From NCBI GenBank assembly GCA_963713825.1, contig CAVQNG010000003.1:800001-864000 (forward strand): a stretch of 64,000 nucleotides of DNA, written 5' to 3'. The position numbers were made by a program, and so were the translations under genes. This DNA comes from an uncultured Acidobacteriota bacterium. GTDB taxonomy: Bacteria; Acidobacteriota; Thermoanaerobaculia; Multivoradales; JAHEKO01. Position 1 is the first letter of the stretch. Every line of letters begins with the position of its first letter. Under the pieces are notes generated by a model. The model saw only the letters and a list, made by a program, of their open reading frames with translations. It was not told where the DNA came from and ran no database searches. Shown here piece by piece: positions 62,300-64,000 of the stretch.

Positions 62300-63495
62300 G
62301 ACGTTTTCTCCAAGGCGAAGAGGCCGGGCAGCGTCTTGCCGGCCAGGAATTCAAGGGAGGCGCCACCGCCGGTGGAGATGTGGCTGATTTGAGCGGCGAC
62401 TCCGGCCTGTCGGACTGCGGCGACCGTTTCGCCGCCGCCGACAACCGTGAAACCTTCACATTCGGCCACGACTCGAGCCACCAGCACGGTGCCTTTGTTA
62501 AATGGCGGTTTCTCGAAGACGCCCATTGGTCCGTTCCAAAGCACCGTCTTGGAACCTTCGAGAGCGGTGTCGATGGCGCGGCAGGCCTGCTGTCCGATGT
62601 CGACTGCCTTGAAGCCTGCGGGAACCTTGGCTGCGCCGACCGTCTCGATCGTTTGCGGTTTGTCCAGATCGTCTGTCACCACCAGGTCTTCAGGCAGGAG
62701 GACCTGGATGTCGGCAGCTTGCGCGCGATGCAAGATATCCCTCGCTACATCCAACTTGTCGTTCTCGAACAGAGAGTCGGCGAGGTCGTAACCCAGGGAG
62801 GCGAGAAACGTATTGGCCATGCCCCCTCCCAAGACGAGGCAGTCGAGGCGGTCCAGCAGGTTGCTGACGGTTGCCACCTTGTCGCCGATCTTGGCGCCAC
62901 CGACGATGGCGACGAAGGGGCGAGCGGGGTCATCCAACAGGCTGCTGAGCGCGTCGACCTCATCGATCATGAGGCGGCCGGCTGCTTTGCGTTCGATGCG
63001 CTCGGGGATGCCGACGACCGAGGCGTGGGCCCGGTGGGCGGTGCCAAAGGCGTCGTTGACATAGGCCTGGCCCAGCGCTGCCAGACGGTCCGCGAACTCG
63101 GGGTCATTCGTCGTCTCACCGGGGTGGAAGCGCAGGTTCTCCAGCAGGCAGACGTGACCCGGCTCGAGAGTTTGTAACTGGTCCTGCGCCGGCTGTCCGA
63201 TGCAATCCTCGGCGAACGCCACGTCGTCTCCGAGCATCTCTCCGAGGGCTGTAGCAACCGGGCGCAGAGAAAGCTCCGGAACCACCTGGCCCTTGGGTCG
63301 GCCACAGTGAGACATGACGAGTAGTCGAGCGCCTGCGGCCCTGAGCTCCGCGATCGTCGGCAGTGCCGCCCGCAGCCGGGTGTCGTCCATGACTTTGCCG
63401 TCGGCGAGGGGGACGTTGAAATCCACCCGTAGTAGTGTTGGAACGCCCTCGAGACTGTCGAGACCCAGGTCGTCCAGATTCAGGATGTCCGTCAT
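62296..63495 (-). CDS. pgk: Phosphoglycerate kinase
   Basis: RVDFNVP, LENLRF, NDAFGTAHR, WNGPMG, STGGGASLE. Confidence 0.98.
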   Translation of the reverse strand: MTDILNLDDLGLDSLEGVPTLLRVDFNVPLADGKVMDDTRLRAALPTIAELRAAGARLLVMSHCGRPKGQVVPELSLRPVATALGEMLGDDVAFAEDCIGQPAQDQLQTLEPGHVCLLENLRFHPGETTNDPEFADRLAALGQAYVNDAFGTAHRAHASVVGIPERIERKAAGRLMIDEVDALSSLLDDPARPFVAIVGGAKIGDKVATVSNLLDRLDCLVLGGGMANTFLASLGYDLADSLFENDKLDVARDILHRAQAADIQVLLPEDLVVTDDLDKPQTIETVGAAKVPAGFKAVDIGQQACRAIDTALEGSKTVLWNGPMGVFEKPPFNKGTVLVARVVAECEGFTVVGGGETVAAVRQAGVAAQISHISTGGGASLEFLAGKTLPGLFALEKTS

Positions 63496-63537
63496 TGTCG
63501 CTTCTCCCTTTCCGGTCTTGTCCTCAACGCAGGGCGA

Positions 63538-64000
63538 TTAGAGCTTCTGTCCCAGAAACTCCAGCGTATCCGCCAGGCGACTGCCGTGTCCGAACTCGTT
63601 GTCGTACCACGCTACGATTCGGGTCAGTCCGCCATCGACGTTGGAGGTCAAGGGTAGGTCGATGATGGCCGAATGGGGGTCGCCGAGAAAGTCGCTGGAG
63701 ACCAATTCCTCCCCGGTCACGGCCAGGACTCCGGCCAGCTCGCCTGCGGCTGCTATTGAGAAGGCGTGGTTGACGTCGGCAGGCGAGGGGCGATCTGCGA
63801 GCGCCGCCACGAGATCGAGCAAAGAGACGTTTGGGGTCGGTACCCGTATGGCAAAGCCGGCGAGCTTGCCTTCGAACCCTGGCAGGATCCGATGAATCGC
63901 CTGGCTGGCACTCGTCGTGGTTGGAATCATGTTCAGGGTCGCGGTGCGGGCGCGCCGCGGGTCGGCATGGGGGTAGCTCAGGAGTCGCTGATCGTTGTTG
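63538..64000 (-). CDS. gap: Glyceraldehyde-3-phosphate dehydrogenase family, C-terminal part (runs off window edge)
   Basis: NDQRLL..RRAR..NMIPTTT, RVPTPNVS, VSSDF, WYDNE. Confidence 0.88.
   Translation of the reverse strand, partial: NNDQRLLSYPHADPRRARTATLNMIPTTTSASQAIHRILPGFEGKLAGFAIRVPTPNVSLLDLVAALADRPSPADVNHAFSIAAAGELAGVLAVTGEELVSSDFLGDPHSAIIDLPLTSNVDGGLTRIVAWYDNEFGHGSRLADTLEFLGQKL

Overview
GC-rich bacterial chromosomal window spanning the replication origin. Gene content and synteny suggest Acidobacteriota, possibly Thermoanaerobaculia-like (inference). It contains dnaA-dnaN-recF-gyrB-gyrA, with a readable bipartite oriC: DnaA boxes plus a DnaA-trio unwinding element between dnaA and dnaN. 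It also has dnaX-ybaB-recR with SRP RNA, tadA and two tRNA-Ser genes, followed by a sigma54-controlled accessory block (sulfatase, HAD hydrolase, HdeD, Ysc84 protein). Further on are rpmH-rnpA-yidD-yidC-jag, rsmG-parA-parB-bactofilin, pyrD/pyrF, tandem lepB, comEA plus a pilin, metB-like and mtnA genes, tmRNA, dusB, a methyltransferase-bshC-bshB1-bshA operon (likely N-methyl-bacillithiol), a membrane-protein cluster, tRNA-Leu and gap-pgk-tpiA-secG. The most striking observation lies between jag and rsmG, where mnmE/mnmG usually sit. There, a small stand-alone single-motif LAGLIDADG-like gene has its start and N-terminus built from a tandem 36-bp repeat carrying parS sites, next to parAB-bactofilin. 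This is a candidate ParB-regulated, domesticated homing-endonuclease-fold component of the segregation locus. Other observations: a dispersed GGGTTGAG-N24-CYTTG repeat family, helically phased GTGG boxes in AT-rich intergenic regions, a yidD with no canonical start codon, and a probably inactive alkaline-phosphatase-fold protein. No integrase, transposase or CRISPR array was seen.
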